A stretch of 64,000 bases of DNA, taken from Antedon mediterranea. Lineage: Eukaryota > Animalia > Echinodermata. The stretch covers positions 3,077,888-3,141,887 of the forward strand of contig NC_092676.1 of the NCBI RefSeq assembly GCF_964355755.1. Reading direction: 5' to 3'. Below the pieces are notes generated by a model. That model was not told the DNA's origin. It saw only the letters and a list, made by a program, of their open reading frames with translations, and did no database searches. The position numbers and the translations under genes are program-made. Positions 12,043 to 23,156 of this stretch are shown here, piece by piece (the first letter of the stretch is position 1; every line of letters begins with the position of its first letter).

Positions 12043-14663
12043 CACGATCACGGTCATTTAAACAACAAAATATATATCGCTTCATAAACACGATACAAAC
12101 AACTGAATGGAACAATGTACTTCAAGAACAATCGCCTGAAATAGCATATAATATATTTTCAGACAAGATTACAAACACATACAATACATGTTTTCCTATA
12201 CAATCTAAGCACAAAAAATCTAAATATAATCGCATTCCTCGAAATCCATGGATTACTAAAACCATTATAAAATCTATAAATCGTAAAAATAAGCTCTATA
12301 AAAAGTATATTTCATCGCCAACCTTCACAAATAAAAATAAATTTACTCGCTATCGTAATATACTTACCTCAATACTCAGAAACGCAAAGAAAAAATACTA
12401 CACAGAAGAACTAAATAAAACCCAAAATAACCTAAAGAAAACTTGGAATATTCTTAATGGACTTCTAGGTCGAAAACAAAATTACCACTTACAGGATAAT
12501 ATGAAAATAAATGAGACGGAAGTTAATGACCCTAACGTAATCGCTAACAGCTTTAATAATTATGTTGGTCCTGAACTTGCCTCAAAAATTCAATCAACCC
12601 AAAACGATGAATTTAGGAATCATCTGAAGAACTTATCATCACCAATTAATTCCTTGTTTTTTCTACCAACCGATGTTAATGAAATAATTAGCACATGTAA
12701 CTTACTTAATTCAAACTCAAGTCCGGGATATGACGATTTAAAAATGAGTATCATAAAGTATGTTATCCACTCCTTGGCGATTCCTCTAACACATATCTTC
12801 AATATGTCTATCCTTTCTGGTATTTTTCCAACTAAACTTAAAATATCAAAGGTAGTACCAATTCACAAAGCAGGTTCTTATAATAAAATTCAAAATTACC
12901 GTCCAATATCTGTATTGCCAGCGTTTTCAAAAATTTTCGAACGAATTATCCATAATCGCCTATATCAATTTATAAATAATAATACTTTACTTTATGACCA
13001 GCAATACGGGTTTCGTAGTAAATATTCATCTTACATGGCAGTGCTAGAAGCGTATAATGATATAGTTACAAGACTTGATAACAATCATCATGTTATGGGT
13101 ATATTTTTGGACCTCGCAAAGGCATTTGATACCATAGACCATCAAATCCTTCTCAAAAAACTTTATCATTACGGTGTTAGAGGGATCGCCTATGAGTGGT
13201 TCAAGAGTTATTTAACCAACAGGTCCCAATTCACCGTGTATAACAATCATAAATCAACAACTAATATAATTCGATGCGGGGTTCCACAAGGGTCCATTTT
13301 GGGCCCATTATTATTTATAATTTATTTAAACGATATTGTTTCTATTTCCGATAATTTCTCATTTTATTTATACGCAGATGACACCAATATAGTAGTTTCT
13401 GATAAAAATATTAAACAACTAATTACGACAGTAAATCAAGAACTAAATAAAGTTTCCTCCTGGCTTAAATCTAATAAATTATCATTTAATATACTTAAAA
13501 CAAATTACATTATGTTTAAAAATAAGCATAGTAGACGACAATATCACAATATTCAAATTATGATTGACAATACTACTATTTCACAGGTCTCTAATACTAA
13601 ATTTTTAGGCGTAATTATAGATGAAGCACTAACATGGTTTAATCACACAGAATATATATCCAACATTATTTCTAAATATACTGGCATTTTATTTAGACTA
13701 AAACATGCTCTCGCACCGAATATTTTATTTTCTTTATATCGCACATTAGTTCTCCCATACTTATATTATTGTAATCTTATTTGGGCAGATGCAAACAACT
13801 GCAATTTGAAAACCATTCATTTAAAACAAAAGAAAATAATTAGACTCTGTACAAACTCATCCTGGCTGGCCCATACTGCACCCTTATTTTTAAAATTAAA
13901 AACTTTAACAATCTATGATATTCATAAATTACAAAAAGCAAATTTTATGTTTAATTTTGTTAATAATAATCTACCAAGTAATTTCAATACTTTTTGGGCT
14001 AGGGTAAAAGAAACACATTTTCATAATACAAGAACATTAAATGATTTGCGTCCGCATAATTTCAGAACAGACCTGGGAATGAATACCATTAAACGGCAAG
14101 GACCTATATTGTGGAATGATATAAGCAATCTTATTAAGAACCAATGTACCTTAAGTTTATTTAAGAAGAAATTTATTCACAGTTTATTATCAACGTATCA
14201 GTAATATTATGTTATATTATTTAATTAGTAGAGTAACATTATTTAAGTTTACTTAAACAACATACATTTTTATGTGTGTGTATGTAAATCTATTACATTT
14301 TTTATCTAAAAGATGATATTCAGATTTTATTACCATGTACTAGTAAAAATAAAAATAACTATATGTAATCTTCATGTTAACCTTCTTCAGAAGTAAGTTA
14401 AAAATTATCATTTTATGATCAAAAAGAAATATACTATCTAATTTTCTCCTTTATATAAATATATTATTTTATCCAAGGGGTTGCAAACACAAGTGTTCAC
14501 ATGTCTTGTTATGTATTGCACCTTTGTCTTGTCTTTATGTTGTCTGTAATGTCACTGCACTAACGGGTGACCGGCTAACGAGCTTCGCTCTTACGGTTAT
14601 CCATCCATATAAGTTGTTTATCTTATGTTCATAAATTGAAATGGAAAATAAACTGAAACTGAA
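12043..14663 (+). mobile_element. 5'-truncated LINE (CR1/L2 group, Crack/Daphne-like), antisense in an intron of paralog A
   Basis: Frame open from ~12045 to 14204. RT motifs YRPISVLP, QYGFR, FLDLAKAFDTIDH, GVPQGSILGP, YADD; no endonuclease domain. 3' AATAAA(CTGAAA)n tail. ACTAT on both sides (12038-12042, 14664-14668); inserted into a HINE head. Confidence 0.9.
12501..14204 (+). CDS. Reverse transcriptase (LINE ORF2, N-terminally truncated)
   Basis: ORF track 567 aa with canonical non-LTR RT motifs (PQG, YADD). Confidence 0.88.
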   Translation: MKINETEVNDPNVIANSFNNYVGPELASKIQSTQNDEFRNHLKNLSSPINSLFFLPTDVNEIISTCNLLNSNSSPGYDDLKMSIIKYVIHSLAIPLTHIFNMSILSGIFPTKLKISKVVPIHKAGSYNKIQNYRPISVLPAFSKIFERIIHNRLYQFINNNTLLYDQQYGFRSKYSSYMAVLEAYNDIVTRLDNNHHVMGIFLDLAKAFDTIDHQILLKKLYHYGVRGIAYEWFKSYLTNRSQFTVYNNHKSTTNIIRCGVPQGSILGPLLFIIYLNDIVSISDNFSFYLYADDTNIVVSDKNIKQLITTVNQELNKVSSWLKSNKLSFNILKTNYIMFKNKHSRRQYHNIQIMIDNTTISQVSNTKFLGVIIDEALTWFNHTEYISNIISKYTGILFRLKHALAPNILFSLYRTLVLPYLYYCNLIWADANNCNLKTIHLKQKKIIRLCTNSSWLAHTAPLFLKLKTLTIYDIHKLQKANFMFNFVNNNLPSNFNTFWARVKETHFHNTRTLNDLRPHNFRTDLGMNTIKRQGPILWNDISNLIKNQCTLSLFKKKFIHSLLSTYQ

Positions 14664-15035
14664 ACTATGTCGGTCGGTTGGTCGGTCGGTAAACACTAAC
14701 TCATATTCATCTTTTTTCCTCCGTTATTTCGACAGGGGATATTAATACTTGGAGGTAAATATAGATGTCAGCAATTTCAGCAATTTTGATCGGGTGGTCG
14801 GTCGGTCGGTAAACACTAACTCACATTCATATTTTAAGTCGCGTGCGTGCAACGCGACTCTATAATAGCTCACTATGTCGGTCGGTCGGTAAACAATAAC
14901 TCGTATTCATATTTTTAGTCGCGTGCGTGCAACGCGACTCTATAATAGCTCACTATATGTCGTGTACAGTGACAGTGTGTGTATATATAGTAAACACTAA
15001 CTCAAATTTGCGCACGCGACTGCAGCCATATTGTT
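14664..15035 (+). mobile_element. HINE-like element (rearranged; head at 12021-12042 separated by the LINE)
   Basis: (GGTC)n tracts, repeated AGTCGCGTGCGTGCAACGCGACT hairpins and a terminal CACGCGACT...TTGTT. Confidence 0.6.
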
Positions 15036-15210
15036 CTATTGCTATACGAATATTTATATATAAACTTTTCCGATTAACGTAATTTATAGAAAATATGTTT
15101 ATATTTGAGTGTGTACGTCATTTGTTTGTTTGGCAACAGGAAAGTTGTTTTACTTACAAAATCAAAAGCGATGGAACAAGGATGGAAGATAATGCATCAC
15201 GATCTATGGT

Positions 15211-16474
15211 TGTAGCGTACTACGCGAGTTCGCTTGGTGGCGTGTGTGGTCAATCGACGCAGATAACAAAAGACACTGATCCAGCAAATACAATATCTAC
15301 AATTTATTTACAATAGACCGATCTTCCGTTCTGTTCTGGTGACTAAAAGAAGATAAAGGAAACTACATTACTTTCTATAATGTGTTACAGAATACAACGT
15401 TATTCAAGAAGTTACAGCGATATTATAATGAGTTAAATGAAAAGGTGTATAAGTGTACCAATTAAAATTAATATAAACATATCAATAGAATAGCGATCAC
15501 AACAATGTTACCATTAAAGCAACAAGTAACAAACGTATTCCTTATCAATTACCACTACAAGTTAAAACGAGCCATGGGGTTCAAAATATAAACCTACTTG
15601 ACTTTGACGCCTCAAATATACCAATCACAGTAAACAGATGCACTTGAACTACTCCCAGTTCAAAACAGCTGCAATATAAATAAATCGATCCTTGTTTATA
15701 ATTTATAACCCATCCCCTCTCAACTATCCAGTTGCTATTGGCAACCAAAACTTAAATTGCCCTCCAATGAATCGAAATGAGGCACCACTCAGGCATTACA
15801 CTTTATAATCGTTATACCTTAATACAAATGATGTATAGATTTCCAAACTACAGTAGGTTATTCTAAATAGCATACAACTGCTATAATGTATCAATAATAT
15901 CATAAAAAACATCCTAATTAGACATATTAAATCCTTATCGCAACTGGAGAATTTAAAACAATCACTAATATCAACAAAGGCAAGAAATATATATACGGTA
16001 TATAATGCATAGTTATAGTTTATAGCCTACCTACGGTATGAACGATAATATATATGTGATTAAAACAACTACTGTATATCGATAATGATACAGACTCTCA
16101 CGAGCCCAATAACGTCATAATCGATTATTCAACATTATAAACATAAAGTATTCTATAAAGAAAAAATCGGAATCAACTTACATATAAAAAGTAACAAGGT
16201 TGTCGAAATCACAAATGTTGCCAAATTACACATAAATGTTTCATACAATTAACCAAGCTTTCAAAGTTATAAACAAGTTGTAAAAGTTACAAACAAGTTC
16301 CAAATAAACAATTTGTCACAACAAAAAATTAGAAAAGTGTCGAGTTGGAGATGTGTCGCTGTTCAAACCCAAAATTCATCTCTCCTGGAATTTGGTCACA
16401 CCCCTATATATTAGACCTAGGAGCAACATCCACAAAATTATAGAGGGCGTTCTATTATATTTCAATACTTTACA
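15211..16474 (-). repeat. 3' LTR of the BEL/Pao element
   Basis: 1264 bp; no difference from 21893-23156 seen by eye. Preceded on minus by the PPT (16485-16475). Confidence 0.95.
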
Positions 16475-16580
16475 CTCCCCCCTTTAAACCAAACGGGTTT
16501 AACAATCACTTAATAAAAAGGTAAATGAAATATTATAAAAACTAAATACATATGTACATAGTAAACACGACTATAGGGTC

Positions 16581-19500
16581 TTAATTAGCTCTTTCGAGCA
16601 TACATAACTTGGTTATAGGTCTCTCATAGACACCACCCTTAGTTCTAATATGTACAGATCTTACATGTCCGTCACTACCTACATTCACATCCACCACCAA
16701 CCCCAGTGGCCATTGATAGCGCGGAGTAGAGTTATCGGTAATAAGGACGAGATCACCAATTTTAAGATCTCTTTTCTCCATACCCCATTTTTGCCGATGT
16801 TGTAGCAATGGAAGGTATTCCTTCACCCACCTTCTCCAAAATATATCAGCGAGATACTGGACTTGTCGCCACCGTCTCCTGTAGATGTCTTGCTCTGCAA
16901 AGTGTCCAGGAGGCAAGGATGGTCCACTCCTCAGCAGGAGTAAATGGTTAGGAGTCAATGGTTGATCATCACTTGGATCGTCGGACAGTTTCGTAATAGG
17001 CCTGCTGTTAACGATGTTCTCGATGACACACATCAGAGTAGTGAGACTCTCATCATCAAGTGTCTGTTGGCGCACAAGACTATACATAATGGTTCTTATA
17101 GTGCGAATTTGTCTTTCCCAGACTCCGCCCATGTGAGACGCCTTCGGTGGGTTGAATGACCAGCTGATTTCCTTCTGCAACATAAAGTTGTCGATATGTT
17201 GACGATTCCATTCGGTCATGGCCCGTCTGAGCTCTTGCTTGGCCCCAACGAAGTTCGTGCCATTATCGGAGACCATCTCTTGAGGTACTCCTCGTCGAGC
17301 GATAAACCTCTGCAATACATTTATAAATGAATCCGTCGTCATAGAATGGGCGACTTCTATATGGACAGCTCGTGTCGTCATGCAAGTAAACACGCAACCG
17401 TAGCGTTTATGTTCTGTGCGTCCACGCTTAATGACGAGTGGTCCAAAATAGTTCACACCCACCCTGGAGAATGGCGGTTCGCCAATCTGCATCCTTGACT
17501 TCGGTAGTAGACCCATAATTTGATCAGTTGGCCGAGCTTTCATCCTCTTACACACGATACACTGTGACAGTTCCCGTCTCACGCTCCTCCGACCCTTCAC
17601 CAACCAAAACTTCTGTCTTATATCAGCCAGCGTGCGTTCAATACCCCCATGTCCTGTTTGAAGATGGTAATGCCGTATAACGAGGTTGGTTACGTGGTTA
17701 TCGCATGGCAACAAAATTTGATGTCGTTGGTCAGTGGTGAGGGTTGTCTGCAGTTCTATTCGACCACCAATCCGAATAATACCATCGTCAGCCAGGAAGG
17801 CTCCCAATCCCTTAATGTTTGTGATGTCTTTATAGCGTGTGGATTGGGTATACTGAATAATCACCCTCTCTGCTTGTTTGGTTTCATCCACCGTGAGTTT
17901 GTCACAGATAAGGCTCTGAATGTCATTCCTTTTCTTAAGGACGACATAACTTTTGAATCGCAATATCCAAGCTACACTTCGCTTTAATCCAACCCAAGAC
18001 GAATATCGATCGAAATAGTGTTGAATAACAACGTTATCTTGCACGTTGGTACACACATTCACAGATTTCTTCACCTCTAGATCATCAGCGCTTACATCAC
18101 CATACCCATCTGGTTGCATAGGCCAGGTTTTGTCAGTATCTTGTCTTAAAAATGTGGGACCCTCCAACCAAAACTTGTTGTTTACCAGCAGCCTCGCTTC
18201 GAGGCCTCTCGATACAATATCTGCCGGGTTATGTATCCCCTCGATATGTCTCCATTGTTCCGGATTAGAGCCGTCGTGTATAGTCGCTAACCTGTTGCTA
18301 ACGAACGTCTTAAACCGCCTTTCTTCATTCTTGATGTACTGCAGAACTATCATACTGTCAGTCCAAAAACAAGATTTCCCCATTTTCAGCCCAATTTCAC
18401 GAGTCAGTGTCTTGTCAATCTTTACTGCCAGTGTCGCCGCCATTAGTTCTAATCGCGGTATAGTCACAGTTTTCATGGGGCATAGACGTGACTTGGCTAG
18501 TATAAGTGCACTCCTAGTGCAGTTGTCCTCATTTGTCGTACGTAGGTACGTAGTCACCCCATACGCTATTTCTGAAGCGTCAGCGAAGTGGTGTAACTCT
18601 CGTGCCACCACAGTACCGAACACGTTGTCTTCTAGACATCTAGGTATCTTTAGGTTTTGTAAGTTCTGGAGATCGTTCTGCCATGATTGCCAACGTGACA
18701 ACAAGTCATCCGGAACCGACTCATCCCAATCAACGCCCCGACGCACGAGTTGTTGCACGATGAGTTTGCCCCTCAACGTGAATGGTGCTGCGAATCCATG
18801 GGGATCGAACACCGAGCTTAATGCACTTAACACCCCTCTACGAGTTTTTGGTGTGTCCTTGTGGTTTACATTAAATCCAAACGTGTCGTCTTCGACATTC
18901 CACTTCATCCCTAGTGCCTTTTCGGATGGTAGGATGGCACCTTCTAGGTCAAGCTCCTTAACCGTCGTGGCCCTGTCCTCCACTGGAACATGACGTAGGA
19001 TTTCTGAGCTATTGGCTATCCATTTCGTCAACTTGAACCCTCCCATGGATAACAAGGCCGTCAGATTCTTTAAAACTCTAACTCCTTCTTCTTCAGTTGA
19101 AACAGAGATTAGAGCGTCGTCCACGTAGAAATTTTCATTCACAATCTCAGTGATATTAACATCAACTTTAGCACGGTTATCTTGTGCCGCCTTTCTTAGA
19201 GCATAAGTGCTCGCGCTTGGGCACCAGGTTCCACCAAACAGGTGCACACACATACGGTAGGTACTCACTTCCGTCATTTCGTCGTCTGTCCACCAAAGAA
19301 ATCGAAGAACCTCCCTTTCATTTGGTGGCACCCTAACCTGATGAAACATAGCCTTGATGTCACCCATGATGGCGTATTGTCGCCGGCGGAATCTCAGAAG
19401 GACCCCCATCAGGCTGTTGACAAGATCTGGTCCCTGCATGACTACGTCATTTAGCGATAGACCCCTATGTTTTGCCGCGCAATCGAATACTACTCGTACG

Positions 19501-21869
19501 TCACCATTCTTCTTGGGGACAGCGTGGTGTGGCAGATACCAATTTGGGAACGTCGAATTGCGGTTACCTACAGGTTCTGCATGATTTTCTTCAACTAGGG
19601 TTTTAATAACCTCAGCATATTTGGCTTTAAGGCTTACATCCTTCACCAATTTCCGTCGGAGATGGCCAAGTCTGACTTCAGCAGTATGTCTATTGTCCGG
19701 TAAAATAGGCGGGCGTTGCTTGAAGGGAATAGGTAAATGGTAATGTCCATCCTTAAACTGTACATTTTGATCCCATAGTTTAACTACTCTTTTGTCATTA
19801 ACAGACATCATTCTGTCATCGTCATCCAATGCAGGTACGTCACAATCAGTTGTCCAAAATCTCTCCAGTATCTGATCAAGCCTCACGTTGTTCTGAATCT
19901 CGCAAGCAAACGTGGAAGATCTCTTCTCATTTCTTCCCATAACAGGACCGTTTAGGGACCACCCAAGGGATGTTCGTGTGGCATACGGTTCCCCTTTTCC
20001 ACCGGCTCTTATTTCAAGCGGTTGTAACGCATCTGGAACATCTAGCCCAATTAGGAGGTCCACCTCTGAGTTGTCTAGTCGTGGGAGATTAACTCCATTT
20101 AGATGAGGCCATTTGTTCACTTCATCCAACTTCAAGGCTCGACTTGTCGAAGAGCGAATTGTCATTTTTCGTGTGGAATATACTAGTGGGAGTGCTACAG
20201 GTTCTCCTCCACCCATGCCTCTCACTTCCAGACTGATTATTCTGCTGGGTACACTGCTTTCATTATCACCGATGGTGTTAATGATCAGGTTCTCCGGTCT
20301 ACCTCTCACCTTCAACGTCTTTGCCAATCTCTCTGTACAAAATGAGCTTGTACTCCCACTGTCCAATAGTGCGTATGCGTCTACCTCTATCCCACTTTCC
20401 GGTGATCGTATTGTGACCGGCAAGATTGGTAATGAGATGAAGGTGTTCATCTTGTCGGCGTGCCCAACTGGCTGCGTCTGTGGTTGCTGCGGTACACTAG
20501 CAGCTGGTGTCTGCTCTGCTTGATGTGGCTGAGCTTTAGATGCGGGGGCTTGTTGTTGTTGTTGTTGTTGTTGTTGTGTCGCCTTTGGCTTAATTATATG
20601 AAGGAACTTGGTGTGTTTCTGTCCACATCCAGCTACCGAGCATGTCCTATTCAATAGACATCTTGATGCGTTATGTCCAGGTTTTAGGCAATTAAAGCAT
20701 AGCCGGTTCCTCTTTACGAATGATAGCCTTTCTTCAACATTCTTTTCTTTAAACTGTAGACAACCAAATAAAGAATGAGAACCTTCACACATTTGACAGG
20801 ACGGGGATCCGATGGCAAAATTCTTATTTCGGCGTTTTTCGGGTTCTCTGTTGCTGGTCGTCTGTCTCTCTGGCTTGTTACCTGCACTACCCGAGACAAG
20901 GCTACCAAATACAGGATCATTTGCCTCCTTAGAGGCCGATTTAACAAAGTCAACAACATGTGCAATGGTAGGTGGACTGCCTCTAAGCTTTATCCTTTGA
21001 TATTCTTTAACCCACCTTATCTGTAAGTATCGTGGTAACTTGTCAATTATTGACCTAAGGCTACGTTGGTTATTTAATTCCCCAAGAAAACCCATCGCAT
21101 CTAGCGTTTCCCTGCAGGATGATAAATCGTCGGTAAATTGCCTTAACTCGGCAACGTCAATCTTAGGGCGATTTACAATCTTATCTACCCAGGTCTGGAC
21201 GATCGTCCCTTTATCTCCGAACCTCTCTGAGAGGATTTCCCTTGCCAGTTTGTACCCTTCAGTTGGGGGCCGCATAAGGCAACATTGTAGGGCGTCACTT
21301 GCTCTACCCCTACAATATTTTAATAAGGTAGTCAGTTTAAAATTGTCGTCAGATACCTCCGACATTAATACATCAAAGGCTCTTATAAATGGCCAATACC
21401 TTAAAGGATTGCCATCATACATTTGTAATTCGGGCCTAGGTAAAGACATCGCCTTCACTAGGCTATCCATACTTAAATTACTACTACTAGTCTTTAGCTC
21501 ACCGACCGCCTTAGTTCCTTGTTGGTTGTTGGCAGCGTCGACCTTTCCATTACCATGGTCTACTTTCCTCAATTCGCAAGAATGAGCCAATGCGCTCCTC
21601 CTCTGATCTGTATATTCTTTTTCTACTTTCGCCATCCACTCCTCTTCTTGCTCAAATATGTCATCGTCATCAATGACATCCAACAACGCGAGATGGGCCT
21701 TTTCTACTACTTTGAATGCCTCGTCCACCCGCTCTAATTGGTCGTCTATGTCAACAATAGTAACTCCTTCCGTTTTTAACAATGCGCTCAAAGTGTTCAA
21801 ACTTCTTGTTACCAATCCCTTTCTGTTTCGGCGCTGCAAAGTCAGCGTAGTCTTCCTATCTTCTGCCAT
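16581..21869 (-). CDS. BEL/Pao gag-pol polyprotein, 1762 aa (Gag, 3 Cys-His knuckles, protease, RT, RNase H, integrase)
   Basis: CQMCEGSHSLFGC / CFNCLKPGHNASRC / CSVAGCGQKHTKFLH; protease ALLDSGS; RT NFYVDD; RNase H FADAS; integrase H..H..CIVC, GVNYFGP, SDNGTNF, GGVWER. PR-RT-RH-IN order. Confidence 0.96.
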   Translation of the reverse strand: MAEDRKTTLTLQRRNRKGLVTRSLNTLSALLKTEGVTIVDIDDQLERVDEAFKVVEKAHLALLDVIDDDDIFEQEEEWMAKVEKEYTDQRRSALAHSCELRKVDHGNGKVDAANNQQGTKAVGELKTSSSNLSMDSLVKAMSLPRPELQMYDGNPLRYWPFIRAFDVLMSEVSDDNFKLTTLLKYCRGRASDALQCCLMRPPTEGYKLAREILSERFGDKGTIVQTWVDKIVNRPKIDVAELRQFTDDLSSCRETLDAMGFLGELNNQRSLRSIIDKLPRYLQIRWVKEYQRIKLRGSPPTIAHVVDFVKSASKEANDPVFGSLVSGSAGNKPERQTTSNREPEKRRNKNFAIGSPSCQMCEGSHSLFGCLQFKEKNVEERLSFVKRNRLCFNCLKPGHNASRCLLNRTCSVAGCGQKHTKFLHIIKPKATQQQQQQQQQAPASKAQPHQAEQTPAASVPQQPQTQPVGHADKMNTFISLPILPVTIRSPESGIEVDAYALLDSGSTSSFCTERLAKTLKVRGRPENLIINTIGDNESSVPSRIISLEVRGMGGGEPVALPLVYSTRKMTIRSSTSRALKLDEVNKWPHLNGVNLPRLDNSEVDLLIGLDVPDALQPLEIRAGGKGEPYATRTSLGWSLNGPVMGRNEKRSSTFACEIQNNVRLDQILERFWTTDCDVPALDDDDRMMSVNDKRVVKLWDQNVQFKDGHYHLPIPFKQRPPILPDNRHTAEVRLGHLRRKLVKDVSLKAKYAEVIKTLVEENHAEPVGNRNSTFPNWYLPHHAVPKKNGDVRVVFDCAAKHRGLSLNDVVMQGPDLVNSLMGVLLRFRRRQYAIMGDIKAMFHQVRVPPNEREVLRFLWWTDDEMTEVSTYRMCVHLFGGTWCPSASTYALRKAAQDNRAKVDVNITEIVNENFYVDDALISVSTEEEGVRVLKNLTALLSMGGFKLTKWIANSSEILRHVPVEDRATTVKELDLEGAILPSEKALGMKWNVEDDTFGFNVNHKDTPKTRRGVLSALSSVFDPHGFAAPFTLRGKLIVQQLVRRGVDWDESVPDDLLSRWQSWQNDLQNLQNLKIPRCLEDNVFGTVVARELHHFADASEIAYGVTTYLRTTNEDNCTRSALILAKSRLCPMKTVTIPRLELMAATLAVKIDKTLTREIGLKMGKSCFWTDSMIVLQYIKNEERRFKTFVSNRLATIHDGSNPEQWRHIEGIHNPADIVSRGLEARLLVNNKFWLEGPTFLRQDTDKTWPMQPDGYGDVSADDLEVKKSVNVCTNVQDNVVIQHYFDRYSSWVGLKRSVAWILRFKSYVVLKKRNDIQSLICDKLTVDETKQAERVIIQYTQSTRYKDITNIKGLGAFLADDGIIRIGGRIELQTTLTTDQRHQILLPCDNHVTNLVIRHYHLQTGHGGIERTLADIRQKFWLVKGRRSVRRELSQCIVCKRMKARPTDQIMGLLPKSRMQIGEPPFSRVGVNYFGPLVIKRGRTEHKRYGCVFTCMTTRAVHIEVAHSMTTDSFINVLQRFIARRGVPQEMVSDNGTNFVGAKQELRRAMTEWNRQHIDNFMLQKEISWSFNPPKASHMGGVWERQIRTIRTIMYSLVRQQTLDDESLTTLMCVIENIVNSRPITKLSDDPSDDQPLTPNHLLLLRSGPSLPPGHFAEQDIYRRRWRQVQYLADIFWRRWVKEYLPLLQHRQKWGMEKRDLKIGDLVLITDNSTPRYQWPLGLVVDVNVGSDGHVRSVHIRTKGGVYERPITKLCMLERAN

Positions 21870-21892
21870 ACTCGTATAGGCTAGTCAATCAC

Positions 21893-23156
21893 TGTAGCGT
21901 ACTACGCGAGTTCGCTTGGTGGCGTGTGTGGTCAATCGACGCAGATAACAAAAGACACTGATCCAGCAAATACAATATCTACAATTTATTTACAATAGAC
22001 CGATCTTCCGTTCTGTTCTGGTGACTAAAAGAAGATAAAGGAAACTACATTACTTTCTATAATGTGTTACAGAATACAACGTTATTCAAGAAGTTACAGC
22101 GATATTATAATGAGTTAAATGAAAAGGTGTATAAGTGTACCAATTAAAATTAATATAAACATATCAATAGAATAGCGATCACAACAATGTTACCATTAAA
22201 GCAACAAGTAACAAACGTATTCCTTATCAATTACCACTACAAGTTAAAACGAGCCATGGGGTTCAAAATATAAACCTACTTGACTTTGACGCCTCAAATA
22301 TACCAATCACAGTAAACAGATGCACTTGAACTACTCCCAGTTCAAAACAGCTGCAATATAAATAAATCGATCCTTGTTTATAATTTATAACCCATCCCCT
22401 CTCAACTATCCAGTTGCTATTGGCAACCAAAACTTAAATTGCCCTCCAATGAATCGAAATGAGGCACCACTCAGGCATTACACTTTATAATCGTTATACC
22501 TTAATACAAATGATGTATAGATTTCCAAACTACAGTAGGTTATTCTAAATAGCATACAACTGCTATAATGTATCAATAATATCATAAAAAACATCCTAAT
22601 TAGACATATTAAATCCTTATCGCAACTGGAGAATTTAAAACAATCACTAATATCAACAAAGGCAAGAAATATATATACGGTATATAATGCATAGTTATAG
22701 TTTATAGCCTACCTACGGTATGAACGATAATATATATGTGATTAAAACAACTACTGTATATCGATAATGATACAGACTCTCACGAGCCCAATAACGTCAT
22801 AATCGATTATTCAACATTATAAACATAAAGTATTCTATAAAGAAAAAATCGGAATCAACTTACATATAAAAAGTAACAAGGTTGTCGAAATCACAAATGT
22901 TGCCAAATTACACATAAATGTTTCATACAATTAACCAAGCTTTCAAAGTTATAAACAAGTTGTAAAAGTTACAAACAAGTTCCAAATAAACAATTTGTCA
23001 CAACAAAAAATTAGAAAAGTGTCGAGTTGGAGATGTGTCGCTGTTCAAACCCAAAATTCATCTCTCCTGGAATTTGGTCACACCCCTATATATTAGACCT
23101 AGGAGCAACATCCACAAAATTATAGAGGGCGTTCTATTATATTTCAATACTTTACA
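21893..23156 (-). repeat. 5' LTR of the BEL/Pao element
   Basis: 1264-bp direct repeat of 15211-16474; the ORF ATG lies 23 nt downstream. Confidence 0.95.

Larger units (their letters stand above)
15211..23156 (-). mobile_element. Full-length BEL/Pao LTR retrotransposon (7946 bp)
   Basis: Two 1264-bp LTRs with TG...CA ends, a 5-bp TSD ATGGT (15206-15210, 23157-23161), a polypurine tract AAAGGGGGGAG next to the 3' LTR and a single gag-pol ORF. Confidence 0.97.

Noticed and set aside
20549-20577. Poly-Gln (CAA)n tract in the BEL ORF
   Set aside because: Low-complexity linker between Gag and protease; in frame and unremarkable.
16944-21879. Many plus-strand ORFs (up to 315 aa) within the BEL element
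   Set aside because: Antisense shadows of the long gag-pol frame with no recognisable domains; no env-like ORF is present.
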